Both the position numbers and the translations under genes were made by a program. Shown piece by piece: positions 11,372 to 23,821 of a stretch of 64,000 nt of DNA. The notes beneath the pieces were generated by a model. That model was not told the origin of the DNA, did not search any database, and saw only the letters and a list, made by a program, of their open reading frames with translations. Source of the stretch: Corallochytrium limacisporum Hawaii (lineage: Eukaryota > Protista > Pluriformea). The stretch covers positions 61,248 to 125,247 of the forward strand of contig PDIP01000013.1 in the NCBI GenBank assembly GCA_002811645.1, in the 5' to 3' direction. The first letter of the stretch is position 1. The number at the start of each line of letters is the position of its first letter.

Positions 11372-13759
11372 TTAGACCTCCACGTCGTTGTCGCTATTCG
11401 TTGACTTGCTAGCTGCATCTTGCACATGCTCCACCGCATGCTCAACTGCCTGTTCCACGGTGTAACCGATTTCGTTGACCAGTGCTTGCTGTCCCCTTAG
11501 TCTGTCCTGCTGAATGGCTTGCAGCAGCTTCATCTCCGTGGCAGCGACAGCCCGCTCGACGGCCCCCTCGATCAACATCTGCATGTAAGGCGTACTCTGC
11601 ACTTGCTCGTCGATGCTGGATGTGCCTGGTCCATTGATACCCGCAACACCGAATGGATGCATTGCCGGCGACGGCATTCCGAAAACGCTCCGATTCAATC
11701 CCGGATCGAAGGGTAGTTGGCCGCGTGGACCAGTTATGGTCGGGTTCAGCGGATTTGTAGTATGCACAGGAGCTGCAGCAAAGTCGTCGTAGTAGCTCGA
11801 CTCCGAATCCACCTGGACATCATAGGCAGAAGTGACAAATGCCTCAAATGGATTCTTCCTTCCGTCACATTCGCTGCTTGTAGAATCCTCTTCATGTATA
11901 ATTTCTTCATGAATTTGTACACTGTATCCATCTCGCCTCCCAGTCGGATTCAGCGGAAAATCATCGTTACTTGGGGCCTGTTCATCTGGCCGCTTAATCA
12001 TCCGTGCCTGTCCGAGTCCAAACAATGATGCACGCGAGGGAGTCTTTCCCTTGTCCGGAATGCCAGGCTCTGTCCCTGTTGGTGACGTTGGGGACGTTGG
12101 ACCTGGAGTTAGGACCGTCTTCCCTGTCGATTCAAATCGGTTCCCCAAGGCATAGTTATGTACCCGACTAGCGCTTTCAATCGCTGCTGCCCGAGGTAGA
12201 CTTGCCATCTTGCGCCTAACTCCACGGACCACGTTAATTTGCTGTTGAAGTTCTGCCTTTAGGGCTTTCCGAATTACCTTGCGACGCTTCTGATTGGCAT
12301 ATGAATACTTGCCATGCATGCGAAAGCGATAAGTCCGCCAAGCGATTTGAATAATCCGGGCAGAATGATCGCGCAGGCGCTCCATGTGGCCGGAGAAAGT
12401 GCTCCATTCCAGGGCAGACTCCTCAACGGAGTTGGGTCGCAGCCGGTAGTTGAGAAGATTGACCAACAGCGCAAATAGAACAACGCCTAAGAAACATGAA
12501 ACGACTGCTAGGGCCCTGCCTCCCATGGTGACTGGATCATAGACATCGAATGGGTCCCCGGGCCACGCCGTCAACATGCCTACAACAGAGATCATGATGC
12601 CCTCACTGATCCCAAAGAGTTCAGGCTGTACCCTGCGCTCAAATAGATAGATTCCATATCCCGTAACCCCTCCTGCATAGACAATCCAGCCAGTAATCAA
12701 CACGATAGGATGTTTGTAGAAGAGCATTTTCAGAGTCAGCCAGGTGTTAAACTTGAGACTCAGTGCTTGGCTGTATCCTTTCAGTTGACGGATCTTGTTT
12801 CTTATGCGGTACAAATGGCTATAGTTCCGCAGCACCCGCAGCCCGGTGAGCAATCTAAGCAAGATGCACGTTGAACAAAGCAGATCTAGCCACTGGGGCA
12901 GAAAATATTGCGCGCCCGGCAGAGGCATTAAAAGCAGAAGCAGCAGTTCAGGCATAACCTCTTGTTTCATGTTAAAGAACACGGATGCTAGTGTCGGTGC
13001 TTGGTAGCGAAGTCGCGCTGCGATCTCAACAAGCTCAGCAACGCGTTCTGGATTGAGATGCTGCATCGTCTCGTCCGCCAAAGAATCAGAGTCAAAGCTG
13101 TTTCTGCGGTAGGAATTCACCCTACGTCGTACGGAAGGGCCTCCGTTCCCTTCTGGTTCCTTACCCTTGGAATTATCGAATCCAAGCTCCTCCACTTCTA
13201 GCTCATGCTGTCGCTTTAGTTCTCGTTGATGGCGCTGAAACTTGCGCTTTTGTTCCCGTTTAATGTTGAACACAAAGCTCTCGTTCTCACTCCACATTAA
13301 AAAGTAGTGATATTCAACGATAAATGCAGCCGAGAAGAGCGTGATCAGAACAATTGCACCCCTGGCAAGGTAGCTGACCACATCTGATTGGAGGGCTTCT
13401 CCATGTCCTGCCACTCTCCACTGCCACTCCATGTCGAAAACGCTGAGTCCCACACAGATACAGCTGAGGCCGAACAAAATGTTATCCCGTCGTCGAATCT
13501 GCCGATCAATTTTACCGGTCTGTAAAGATGTAGACAGCATATTAAATCCGTTGTTATTACCTTGGTTGGCCTCCGGTCCATGATGAGGCAACAGTGGTAC
13601 ATCGTCAGCTATCTGCTCTGAATGACCAAGGCTTCCGCTATTTGTTCGCCGCAATATCGGCGGTGATAGAGCTGGTTCAGGTAATTTAAGGCCCATTGCA
13701 TTCCCAGACTCATCTTGGCCTTGACTGCGGTGCTGAGAAGCACGTTCGAATCGACCCAT
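11372..13759 (-). CDS. SK/KCNN-like calmodulin-gated cation channel with non-canonical selectivity filter
   Basis: 6-TM layout, S4-like LLRLLTGLRVLR, S5 ending YLFER, P-loop...PVTMGGR, S6, then a CaM-binding/IQ-like segment ARIIQIAWRTYR. Start set to the ATG at 13759. Confidence 0.8.
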   Translation of the reverse strand: MGRFERASQHRSQGQDESGNAMGLKLPEPALSPPILRRTNSGSLGHSEQIADDVPLLPHHGPEANQGNNNGFNMLSTSLQTGKIDRQIRRRDNILFGLSCICVGLSVFDMEWQWRVAGHGEALQSDVVSYLARGAIVLITLFSAAFIVEYHYFLMWSENESFVFNIKREQKRKFQRHQRELKRQHELEVEELGFDNSKGKEPEGNGGPSVRRRVNSYRRNSFDSDSLADETMQHLNPERVAELVEIAARLRYQAPTLASVFFNMKQEVMPELLLLLLMPLPGAQYFLPQWLDLLCSTCILLRLLTGLRVLRNYSHLYRIRNKIRQLKGYSQALSLKFNTWLTLKMLFYKHPIVLITGWIVYAGGVTGYGIYLFERRVQPELFGISEGIMISVVGMLTAWPGDPFDVYDPVTMGGRALAVVSCFLGVVLFALLVNLLNYRLRPNSVEESALEWSTFSGHMERLRDHSARIIQIAWRTYRFRMHGKYSYANQKRRKVIRKALKAELQQQINVVRGVRRKMASLPRAAAIESASRVHNYALGNRFESTGKTVLTPGPTSPTSPTGTEPGIPDKGKTPSRASLFGLGQARMIKRPDEQAPSNDDFPLNPTGRRDGYSVQIHEEIIHEEDSTSSECDGRKNPFEAFVTSAYDVQVDSESSYYDDFAAAPVHTTNPLNPTITGPRGQLPFDPGLNRSVFGMPSPAMHPFGVAGINGPGTSSIDEQVQSTPYMQMLIEGAVERAVAATEMKLLQAIQQDRLRGQQALVNEIGYTVEQAVEHAVEHVQDAASKSTNSDNDVEV

Positions 13760-15211
13760 ACTGTCCTCCAAGTAATCCACTACGACATGGTGTCTCCTAT
13801 TAGTGCCCTGCTCATAAAGCGCGACAGTAGCATCGTCAGAGAATGTCCATAGTTCTACACAAAAACCAGTACTATGTGATTCGCTCAAATTGCCAACGCC
13901 ACTCAAGCCTAAAGTAGCAACACGGTTCACAGCACAGCAATCCAAGTGACCCGAACCGCGGCCCTGTGCCTCTCCGCCGGGACCCGAGACCACACAGCAA
14001 CAGCGGCCCTCCTCTCCAATTTTTATGAGTATATCAAACTAAGACCTCAAGTCACTTATACAACGCATTAGTGTCTCCAAATTTGAAGAATCACTGCAAA
14101 ATATACTGACGCCGTGAAATCTCCTGGCTGAGTTTGTGCACAGTGTGCGAACCCCTGCCCGCTCTCCCTGTGGTTCCAATCCCTTGCAATGCGCAAAACT
14201 TCCCCCCCCCCCCCGCGGGGGGGGGGGGGGGGGCACAAAAGCAGGCAATGGAAACGCGGGTGGGCTGCCGGCTGGTGCCATAGCAAAAGTACCGCCAGCC
14301 ACAAGGTAGGTAGGTGGGAGGGGGGGATGCTGCCACCTCGGTCAGCAGTTCGTGATGGTTGGGGAAGGGGCCGGGAGGGGTCCCGATAAGGACCGTAGAG
14401 TTTAGGGCTTGCCGTTTTGGCCCCGTTCTCTTTATAAACCATGGAGAAAAAATTGGATACATTGAATATAGATATGCCTATCTTCCATGACCATGAGAGG
14501 TGTCCACTAACAAAACAAAACCGGGAAGGGAAAAATTTGCACCCCACTCCCCCACCCTCCTCAACTGCACTACGTGACCTCTCTTGCGTTTGGGGCTGAA
14601 TCTTCCTCATGTTGATTCATCACGCATCTTCAGTACATTCAGTTCGGAGTCTTGAAATATGTCCCACAATGCGGTACATTTTCTATTGGGAGAGCAGGAG
14701 GTCCCCGGGGGGGGGGTGTTGGTAATGCGGGGCCTGGGGCCCGAAACGGAGCCAGGGCGAGGGAGAGAGAGAGCAAGGAAATTTGCGGGAGGTGGCTGTT
14801 TGTTGCCCCTTGGGCTACCCCATGTGGTGTGCCTTAGGGGCCCGTTGGGCGTTCGTGGAGATTCCCCCGGTCGCCTCCTCCTTGCTGGCTGCGTGCGTGA
14901 GTGTGCGCTAGTGTGCGCGACTGGAGCGTTGTCCACTCCTGTGGCTGCAAAAAGGGGTTATTACGACATTTTGATATTCTCTTTGGAAACCGTGAAAGGG
15001 TCTGGCAATTGACAATACAAGGTACGCCACCATAGGGCAAACTGTGTAAGTAGTTTCCCTGCGTCGTAATTTCGTAACCAAAGCTATTTCAACAATCTAT
15101 TCAGTCCGTTTTGCAAAAATTCATAAATGCGAAGCAATTACCTACGACGAATCCCGGGTCGAATTAAGGAAGCGGCACAAGTTTCCGACTTTGAAACAGA
15201 ATAGGGTAATC

Positions 15212-16090
15212 ATGAACGGGTCTGAGAACGACGGTCCCGCCGACACGGCTTTGTACCTAAACGACTCGCAGCTCTACCCCCGGGTCCAGATTCACCCTGT
15301 TGTGCTGAGCAGCATTCTCGATCATTACATTCGCCGCCAGGAAACACAGAACCGCGTTATTGGTACTATTTTGGGCGAGGTGCTTCCTACCGGTGTTGTT
15401 GAGGTCACAAACTGCTTTCCTGTTCCCCACAATGAAACTGCCGAACAGGTCAGCGTTGACCTTGAATTCCACCGTACCATGTTCGATTTGAGCACAAAGA
15501 GCAACCCCAAAGAAGTGATCGTCGGTTGGTACGCCACGGGCATGGACATCACCGAGCACAGTATCCTGATTAACGAATTCTACGAGGCTGAGTGCAACCG
15601 TCCTGTCCACTTGACCGTCGATGTCACTCTCACCAACGACGAAATGGCTATCAAGGCCTACTGTTCGTCGAGCATTGGTACCCCCGACAATTCAACAGGG
15701 ACCATCTTTATTCCCCTCAGCACCTCTCTGATCTGCTACGACGCTGAACGTGTCGCCATCGATACTTTGCAGCGTGGAAAGATGCCCAAGAGCAGCAAGT
15801 TTGACATCATGACAGACATGGACCATCTGGAGAGCTCGCTCATCAGCCTGCGCGACAATGTCATCCAAGCCCAGAAGTACTGCCAGGATGTAGTGGACGG
15901 CAACCAGAAGGGTGATCCCCGGATAGGAAAGCAGCTGCTCGACGTCATGAACGTCGTTCCCAAGCTGGATACCAAGGAGTTTGAGCGCCTCTTCAACGGC
16001 AACCTCCAGGATTTGCTGCTTGTGGTTTACCTCAGCAACCTGTGCCGTCAACAACTCAACCTAGGCGACCGTCTGAAGATGGTCATCTAG
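15212..16090 (+). CDS. EIF3F: translation initiation factor eIF3 subunit F (MPN domain)
   Basis: IHPVVLSSILDHY.RR, RVIGTILG, EVTNCFPVPHNE, VGWYATG and LQDLLLVVYL motifs. Confidence 0.95.
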   Translation: MNGSENDGPADTALYLNDSQLYPRVQIHPVVLSSILDHYIRRQETQNRVIGTILGEVLPTGVVEVTNCFPVPHNETAEQVSVDLEFHRTMFDLSTKSNPKEVIVGWYATGMDITEHSILINEFYEAECNRPVHLTVDVTLTNDEMAIKAYCSSSIGTPDNSTGTIFIPLSTSLICYDAERVAIDTLQRGKMPKSSKFDIMTDMDHLESSLISLRDNVIQAQKYCQDVVDGNQKGDPRIGKQLLDVMNVVPKLDTKEFERLFNGNLQDLLLVVYLSNLCRQQLNLGDRLKMVI

Positions 16091-17505
16091 AGTGGGCTCC
16101 TCCCTTGTTCTTCATTGCATGTGTAAGTATCAAATACAAAGTACATAATCCTCATTCTTTGCATCGTACCACTCCAGCCCATGTCTTTATGTGTCAATAA
16201 CAACACCCGCAATAGTCTGCGGCCATCAGATCGTCTAAGGCCCATTTCTTAGTCTACCCTACCCGTGCACGAATCCGACCCGTACCCAAACTACCGAGGT
16301 GTCCCTCACTCGGTCCAATCGACCAGGCCTTATGCTGGGCATATTCATGGGACACGTACCTCCGGAAAATCAAAATCAAGAATCAGCTCCACTACCCTCC
16401 TGCCAAGGGAGGCGGGGGGACCGGTGGGAGGAGGGGCCCAGTGCTCCTGCCCCTCTTGGCTTGCTGCCTCCTCGGGGGGTGAGCGCTGCTCTTCTCTCTC
16501 CTCTCTTCCGCCCCTGAGACTCTCTCAGTGAGCAGAACCAAAACAAAAACAAAACTCAAAAAGAATTGGAAAAATTGGAAGCAGAACTGGCTTTTTTTAT
16601 ACCCTTCGTTTTGGGATAAACACACGTCTGCTCTTATCCTTTCTTTTTCTTTTTTGTTTTTGCTTTTTTTATTTATTTTCATTCTTCGGGCCTGCACAGG
16701 CTGGCTGTGTTTCCGTTCGGAATGGAACGTCTCTCCCGTCGGGACTCGATCACTCTGTCTCGTGTCCTCGGGCGGCACTTGCCTGGGCTCTCGGTGGGGT
16801 GAGTCAGAGAGACCAAGAGTCTCGTTTGTTTCCTTCGGGCGAGACGGTTTGAAAAGGAGGGGGGGGGTGGGTTCGGTTGGGTGTGTTCTCACGAAACCGG
16901 GCGTAGAGAGGAGCACCCGTGGCTGTTCTGCTCCGCTCTCTCCCCGTTTAACCCACTCACCTCTCTGTGCCTTTTGGTCCCGGGCTGTTGTGCCCGGCGG
17001 ACGGACGACTGTTTTCTTTGGGTGAGTTGGCAGTACCGTGCTCGGAGCGACTGTGTGTTTGGGGGGAAGGGGGTGAGTATTCGGACCGCCGCCAGTGGCT
17101 CGCTTTGGGTACGGCCGGTCGGACCAGCCTTTGTTGAATACATCGCTTCTGACGCAACGCCATCACCCTTTGGGTCTGTCTTTTTTCCGGAGTGGGTTGG
17201 AATCTCTTTGGTGGTTCACAAAGAGTAAAGATATTAGGGAATTTTGAGGGAAACCTGTTCCCAACATGAATGAGAATGATTCATAGAGTTCCAGACCCAT
17301 TTGTTTTGTAAGAAGTATTAAGAGGGGTAACGCTTGCCATCGGTTATCACCGGGGTCATTATTTCTGGACGCATACTTTGTAAACCTGACTTCAAAGGAA
17401 TACGGAATTATTTAACCCGCGGGAGAGTCTAAACGGACGTTTTAGGCTGAATTTCTGTATCATAAACACCTGTACTTTGCCAGACACTATTAGCAAGGCA
17501 ACAAG

Positions 17506-18624
17506 ATGACATCCGTCTCGCCATTTTTCGGGTCCAAGGCCGATGACAACATCATGACATACACCGAGTACGTCTTCAATGAAGACAACGGTTACAGTGA
17601 AGGCGTTGTTCGGGGGCACCGCAGCGAGTTCTTACGTCAGGGAGACTACCACAACCTGACCCAATGCAAGTCTTTGGATGACATCAAGCTGCACCTGGCA
17701 ACCACTGGCTACGGCAATTTCCTGCAGAATGAGCCTTCCCCTCTGGCTGTCACTACGATTTCCGACAAGCTGACTGAGAAACTGGTCAAGGACTTCAATT
17801 ACCTTCGCAACCAAGCCTGTGAGCCCCTGAGCACTTTCATGGATTTCATTACCTACGGATACATGATTGACAACGTCATCCTGCTGATCACAGGCACCCT
17901 GCACGAGCGGGATATTAACGAACTCGTGCCTAAGTGCCACCCTCTGGGTATGTTTGAAAGCATGGCTACTCTTAGCATTGCCTCCACTCCTGAGGAGCTC
18001 TACGATAGTGTTATTGTCGATACTCCTTTGGCTCCGTTCTTCCGCGACTGCATTTCCCAGCAAGATTTGAATGAGCTTAATATCGAGATTATCCGCAACA
18101 GTGTCTACCGTCGCTACCTCGAGGAATTTTTCGCATTCTGCCAGCAGTGCGGTGACATTACCGCGGACGTAATGGGAAGAATCCTATCGTTCGAGGCTGA
18201 CCGTCGCGCCTTTGTGATTACCATCAACTCCTTTGGCACCGAATTGACGAAGGACCAGCGCACTAAGCTCTATCCCCGCTGTGGTCGCCTGTATCCGTTC
18301 GGTCTTGCCAAGTTGGCTCAAGCTGACGACTATGAACAGGTGAAAGCGGTGGCTGATGCGATCCCTGAGTACCGCGGGCTGTTCGAGGGAGTCGGCACTG
18401 GTGCCAACGACAAGACCCTGGAGGACCGATTCTTTGAGTATGAGGTCGCGCTGAACTGCGATGCATTCATGCATCAGTTCCACTATGGAATCTACTACGC
18501 CTTTATCCGTTTGAGGGAGCAGGAAGCACGCAACATTGTCTGGATTAGCGAATGCATTGCCCAGAACCATCGCGCCAAGATTGACAACTACGTTGAATTG
18601 TTCAGCGGTGCTACGTCAAACTAA
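17506..18624 (+). CDS. ATP6V0D1: V-type ATPase V0 subunit d
   Basis: [35 protein letters not shown] and [16 protein letters not shown] motifs. Confidence 0.97.
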   Translation: MTSVSPFFGSKADDNIMTYTEYVFNEDNGYSEGVVRGHRSEFLRQGDYHNLTQCKSLDDIKLHLATTGYGNFLQNEPSPLAVTTISDKLTEKLVKDFNYLRNQACEPLSTFMDFITYGYMIDNVILLITGTLHERDINELVPKCHPLGMFESMATLSIASTPEELYDSVIVDTPLAPFFRDCISQQDLNELNIEIIRNSVYRRYLEEFFAFCQQCGDITADVMGRILSFEADRRAFVITINSFGTELTKDQRTKLYPRCGRLYPFGLAKLAQADDYEQVKAVADAIPEYRGLFEGVGTGANDKTLEDRFFEYEVALNCDAFMHQFHYGIYYAFIRLREQEARNIVWISECIAQNHRAKIDNYVELFSGATSN

Positions 18625-18851
18625 CGGAAGAATTAGGCGACCACTTCCTCACAAACAACTAACAGAACACAAGATCATCATCATCATCATGACCAAAATC
18701 ATCTCTCGCTAATGGTAAAACGGGAGAATTAAATCAAAAACGAAAGTAAACTTTTCTTACGTGTGTATTTACAGATTACTACCGTGGTAGAAAGGAATTT
18801 GAAAACCAAGGAACCAGGCAGACAGGGAAATCATCCTCTGAATTCTCCCGC

Positions 18852-20675
18852 TCAGTTGTCAGTGACACAGCCACCAGAGGCGTTGCCAACGTTCTTAATG
18901 TATTTCCACAGCGTGCCGCGTCGTACCTTGTACGGAGGCTGGACCCAGTTCTTGCGGCGCTCGGCCATTTCCTCGTCGCTGATCTTCACGTCAATCTGGC
19001 GCGTCTCGGCGTCAATGACGACGGAATCTCCATTCTCGACAAGGGCAATTGGACCCCCTTCAATGGCCTCGGGTGTGACGTGACCGATGATAAAGCCGTG
19101 GGAACCACCGCTGAACCGGCCATCGGTGACCATGGCCACATCGTTACCGAGACCCGCACCCATAATTGCAGAGGTCGGGGTCAGCATCTCGGGCATGCCG
19201 GGACCACCCTTGGGTCCTTCGTAGCGGATAAAGACAACAGACTGCTTGTGGATCTCGTTGCGTTCCAGGGCATGGAGCATGTCCTCCTCGGAATCATAGA
19301 CCAGGGCCTTGCCCTCAAAGCGCAGACCTTCCTTGCCAGTGATCTTAGCCACGGCACCTTCAGGGGCGAGGTTACCACGGAGGATGGTGATGTGTCCGGA
19401 CGGTTTCAGGGGCTTCTCCAGGGGGACAATAATGTCCTGGCCGTCCGTCAAGCCAGGCAAGTCCTTGACATTCTCAGCCAGGGTCTTGCCAGTTACGGTT
19501 AGGCAGTCTCCCTTGAGTAGACCCTTCTCCAGCAGGTACTTCTGGACAGCGGGAATACCGCCAACGCTATGCAGGTCCTCCATGACATACTTGCCGGAGG
19601 GCTTGAGGTCGGCAATGAAGGGTGTCTTGTCAGCAATGCGCTGGAAGTCATCAATAGTAAGGTCTACGTCCACAGCGTGGGCCATGGCGAGCAGGTGCAG
19701 AACAGCGTTAGTGCTGCCACCGAGGGCCATGGTGATGACAATCGCGTTTTCAAACGCATCTTTACTCATGATATCGCGCGGCTTGATATCCTTTTCAATC
19801 AACAGCTTCATGGCCTCGCCGATTCGAGTGGTCTCGCCCTGCTTGCTGGGGTCGGTGGCGGGACTGGACGAAGAGTATGGCAGGCTCATGCCCAGGGTCT
19901 CAATCGCAGTGGCCATGGTGTTGGCCGTGTACATGCCTCCACAGGCACCTGGTCCAGGGCATGCGTGCCGCACAATGTCCTGGCGTTCCTCTTCGGTGAT
20001 GCGACCAGCAATGTACTCACCGTAGCTCTGGAAGGCGCTGACGATGTCGAGCGGCTCCTTCTTCAGCGCACCGCATCCAGCACGGATGGTGCCACCGTAC
20101 AGCATGATGGCGGGGCGGTTTAGGCGTCCCATGGCAATCACACAGCCCGGCATGTTCTTGTCACAACCCGGAATAGCCACCAGACCATCGTACCACTGAC
20201 CACCCATAATGGTCTCAATGGAATCCGCGATGATGTCGCGGGACTGCAGGCTAAAGCTCATCCCTGGAGTGCCCATGGAGATACCATCACTGACACCAAT
20301 GGTGTTGAAGCGCATGCCGACCATGCCCGACTTCTGGACGCCCTCCTTGATCTTTTGGCTCAGGTCCAGCAGGTGCATGTTGCACGGGTTTCCTTCAAAC
20401 CAGACGCTGGCAATACCAATCTGCGGCTTCTGGAAGTCGTCAGACTTCATGCCGGTGGCGTAGAGCATGGCCTGGCTGGCACCCTGGCTCTTAGGCTGGG
20501 TAATCTTGCGTGAGTACCTGTTGGCTGCCCCATCCTTGTCCGCGCCAACCAGATCCTCAATGTCAGTCGTGTAGTGTCTGAACGCACAGCTCATGACTGC
20601 TTTTGTGGTTGTGTGCTTCACTGGACCGTTAACAACGCTGGAGGAACGCAGGATAGCAGCGCTCAATGACCACAT
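18852..20675 (-). CDS. ILV3: dihydroxy-acid dehydratase, mitochondrial
   Basis: [42 protein letters not shown] and TDGRFSGG motifs; presequence-like N-terminus from the ATG at 20675. Confidence 0.97.
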   Translation of the reverse strand: MWSLSAAILRSSSVVNGPVKHTTTKAVMSCAFRHYTTDIEDLVGADKDGAANRYSRKITQPKSQGASQAMLYATGMKSDDFQKPQIGIASVWFEGNPCNMHLLDLSQKIKEGVQKSGMVGMRFNTIGVSDGISMGTPGMSFSLQSRDIIADSIETIMGGQWYDGLVAIPGCDKNMPGCVIAMGRLNRPAIMLYGGTIRAGCGALKKEPLDIVSAFQSYGEYIAGRITEEERQDIVRHACPGPGACGGMYTANTMATAIETLGMSLPYSSSSPATDPSKQGETTRIGEAMKLLIEKDIKPRDIMSKDAFENAIVITMALGGSTNAVLHLLAMAHAVDVDLTIDDFQRIADKTPFIADLKPSGKYVMEDLHSVGGIPAVQKYLLEKGLLKGDCLTVTGKTLAENVKDLPGLTDGQDIIVPLEKPLKPSGHITILRGNLAPEGAVAKITGKEGLRFEGKALVYDSEEDMLHALERNEIHKQSVVFIRYEGPKGGPGMPEMLTPTSAIMGAGLGNDVAMVTDGRFSGGSHGFIIGHVTPEAIEGGPIALVENGDSVVIDAETRQIDVKISDEEMAERRKNWVQPPYKVRRGTLWKYIKNVGNASGGCVTDN

Positions 20676-22324
20676 TCTTCTATCAATCCGTTTGCTGTCA
20701 GCAGCTACGGAGAACTTCGGATAATACCGTTTCGGTAGATCCGAAGTTTCTTTGAACTCAAGTATGGAAAGGTAGTTTGCAACTGGCAAAACGCACCTAT
20801 AGAAAAAAGGAAACAGAATGGGACATATTTTATCACGGATTCAACCATCATTTCTAAATACCTAACTCCGCCGCTCCATTCCATCATCGCAGTCAGCAAC
20901 CAAGCATATCCATCACCACCCATTCCCCGCTCACCAACCCCCCCCCCTTCTTGCCAAAACCCTGGGTCCCCCTACCTCGACGGGGCTTTCCATTTTTAAA
21001 CACAAGAATAAAACACGGACTGCCAATTACCCAACAATCGAACGAGGAGGAGAGGAGAACCCCCCCCTTCGGGGAGGCCCCGCCCTGACGGGCAAAGGGA
21101 GGGCCGGAGCGCTGGATTCCAAGAAGTGACATTCCTTTCTTCGGGCCGTGAATAAAGTGATGGGCCGAAAAAATGTAAACACAACGGCGCAACACACACA
21201 CGCACACCCCAGCACGGGACTGGAAATGATTTGTTGAGTGGTCATCAGTTGGCATCGCTTGACATACAGTGTCTTGTATATTGGCAGGGTGCCTTCTTCG
21301 GTACCAATGGTCCTGAGTGTCACAATTCCTGCGCTTGATGATGAAAGATCAGTGGTCCGCCGGGAACCGACTCGACTCGACTCGCTCAAGGTTTAAACTC
21401 GCATGCAGCCTTGTCCTTATCCGTTTCCACATGGTATTGGACTAAAACTTCCCTTGCCCCTTGGATTCACCGAGCCATCGGCTAGAGTTTTGTGTGCGAT
21501 AGGCAGGGCCCCCACGCGTACGCAACAACAATAAATAGAAACTAAAGTCTGTACTCGGACCGAGAAAGGACAACAACAGCCGCAGCAGTGGTACTCTATG
21601 GTGGGGTGGTGGGTGGCGAGGACGGCGGGGTTGGAACCTCCTCGGTTCGGAAAGCGACCGACACCGGTGATCAAACAAAAACAAATTTGTGTAAATGCTT
21701 GACAGTCCATAGACCTCCGTCAGCAAAGCGTGAAGAGCAAGTGCCCTAGGATTCCACGGGTGCCCACTCCCTACTCGACATGGCTCTGATGACAAAGAGT
21801 TCCAGCGACCAAGCTGGGATCCAACACAAGAGTCCACAAACGCAAACGTAATACCATGGGTGCCCCACTTGTAGCATATGGCGTTGGTGTGTAGCTGTAG
21901 GAATGGTCTGAAGGAATTGTCCTTGCTACTGCATGCCAGAGGAATCCGAAGATGCCCTGGGCATGTCTAGATCCCCCAACTTCCAATCCGAACGCGCCCA
22001 GAGCTGCTGATGGTGTACCGGTCACTTCACCCAGCGCCTTACATGGCTTTGATCGATTCATCCGTAATCAATACTCATGCGGTGCCAGGAAGTATGGGCA
22101 AGGCTAGGCGGACGGACCGGGTACTGAGTGGGTGCTGTCCAACCAACTCGGAGAGGTCGGTACCCGGAAAAGCATCGCGCGTACAATTAGTACTGGGCAG
22201 GTCCAGGTTGGTCCCGGGTATCTCCCGCGGTGAATGTATGTGGCCCGTCATCCAACCCCCGCCATGTGCGAACCGAGAGCAGCAGCAGCAAAGGAACAAA
22301 AGCGAAACCCCCCCCCCTCGGTCA

Positions 22325-22362
22325 CTCTCTTTCTCTCTCTCTCTCACTCTCTCTCTCTCTCT
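22325..22362 (+). repeat. imperfect (CT)n microsatellite
   Basis: ctctctttctctctctctctcactctctctctctctct tract. Confidence 0.8.
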
Positions 22363-23089
22363 CCCTTGCTCTCCCTCCCCCGGGGGGCTCCCCACACGGC
22401 CAAAGAAAATACCAGCTTTTCTGCCGTTTTTGTCTTGAAACATATTCAATTCAGATCTCACACTGTGTGTGAAGGGGGAGTGTGCTTGGGCTGGCCCGAG
22501 TCAAACCCCTCACAGCCTATAGTGAATCTATGGGCGGGTCTCCCCCATGGAGGGGGCACCTGTGCTCGAGGAAGGCGGTGCGAAGGGCTCGTTTACAATT
22601 TCTTTTGTTACTTTTTTCCGGAGTCGTGTGTTTTCTTGCGCCTGTCTTTCACTACCGGGAAATAAAAAAATGAAAAAGTTAGTATCGCTTTGTTTGACTA
22701 TCACTGGCTGTGCCGGGAAACAACCCCCCCCGGGGGGGGGGCACCGAGAGAAGGATGAGATGGCCGATAGGCCAAAAGGCATAGGTCAAGGCCAGCAGGG
22801 AGCGGATGCGGGAAGAGGGGGGGGGGCGCTCACGGAAAGCCGTGTAAAAATCTTCTGGCAAGTTTGTGGTGTGCTCATGTTGGTTGAGGTATTTTGAAGA
22901 TCTGTGCATGAGTGATTGTACCTGATGTTTCAAGAAGATATCTGAAAGCAGGTAATGGGAAGCAAAATTTGAGTGGCTTTTAATCGAACGTTCGAGGTCG
23001 AGCAATCAAAACGGGAGTTCCTTGTTTCAAGTCAAGGAGTATAATTAAAGAAGTCTATAGACAATAAGATAGATAATACTGCAACAATC

Positions 23090-23479
23090 ATGGCAGACGA
23101 ATTGGGACAGAGCGCATCCGTACGGTATGTTATTCGCCAGGAACCGAAGCTGTACTTTGCTAACGAGCGTACATTTTTGCACTGGCTGAGCACGTCAACC
23201 TTTATGGCCACGATCGCAATGGGACTCATGAACTTTGCGGACAACATCGGTTTCATTACAGGTGCTATTCTTGCTCCTGTCTCCTTTATTTTCATGTCTT
23301 ACGCCATCTTCCTGTTCCGTGCCCGGGTAGAGTCTATGAAAGTGAGCGAAGCCAAGTACGTGGATGGTGTCTTTGTGCTTTTGACTCTGACCCTGATCTT
23401 CTTGGCCATTATGATTGTAAATATTGCCATTCAGATCCGTCGTGAGATCATCTCTGGCGAGACGGAACATCAACAGTAA
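23090..23479 (+). CDS. VTC1: vacuolar transporter chaperone Vtc1 (DUF202; polyphosphate polymerase complex)
   Basis: EPKLYFANERTFLHWL signature followed by three hydrophobic helices. Confidence 0.88.
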   Translation: MADELGQSASVRYVIRQEPKLYFANERTFLHWLSTSTFMATIAMGLMNFADNIGFITGAILAPVSFIFMSYAIFLFRARVESMKVSEAKYVDGVFVLLTLTLIFLAIMIVNIAIQIRREIISGETEHQQ

Positions 23480-23821
23480 GGCATCAAATTGAAAACGGCT
23501 CATGGCCAAAACTTCCTTTGCGCACGCAGATACATCAGCCCATAGCATAACTATCAATAAATTGTATGGACATCCCTAAGGTCTCAAATGTCATTTAGTA
23601 CTGACGATCTAAGACGTCCACTAGTCTTGATCAGCAACGGCTTTCATATGTTCCAACCCTCATGTTCCAAAAAAAATAGTAGACGGAGGTGTGGTGTATT
23701 TGAATGAGCGTGTTTTGGTGTGTGATGATGGATGTTTGGTTGTCATTATAAATGTCAGACAAAGACTTTGAGAATGCATGGGAGAACATAGTGAACGGGT
23801 GTGGTCTGCACAAACATGCGA

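Noticed and set aside
19080-20463. Long antisense ORFs over ILV3 (likewise over TBC1D31, VPS4, NOM1 and PAH)
   Set aside because: Shadow ORFs produced by codon bias of the real gene on the other strand.
21605-21670. tRNA-like 3' end on the minus strand (GGTTCCAACCCC...CGCCA)
   Set aside because: The T-stem does not pair and I found no acceptor, D or anticodon arms.
21240-22470. Short ORFs between ILV3 and VTC1
   Set aside because: No motif or coherent frame; could be UTR or ncRNA, but I cannot support a call.
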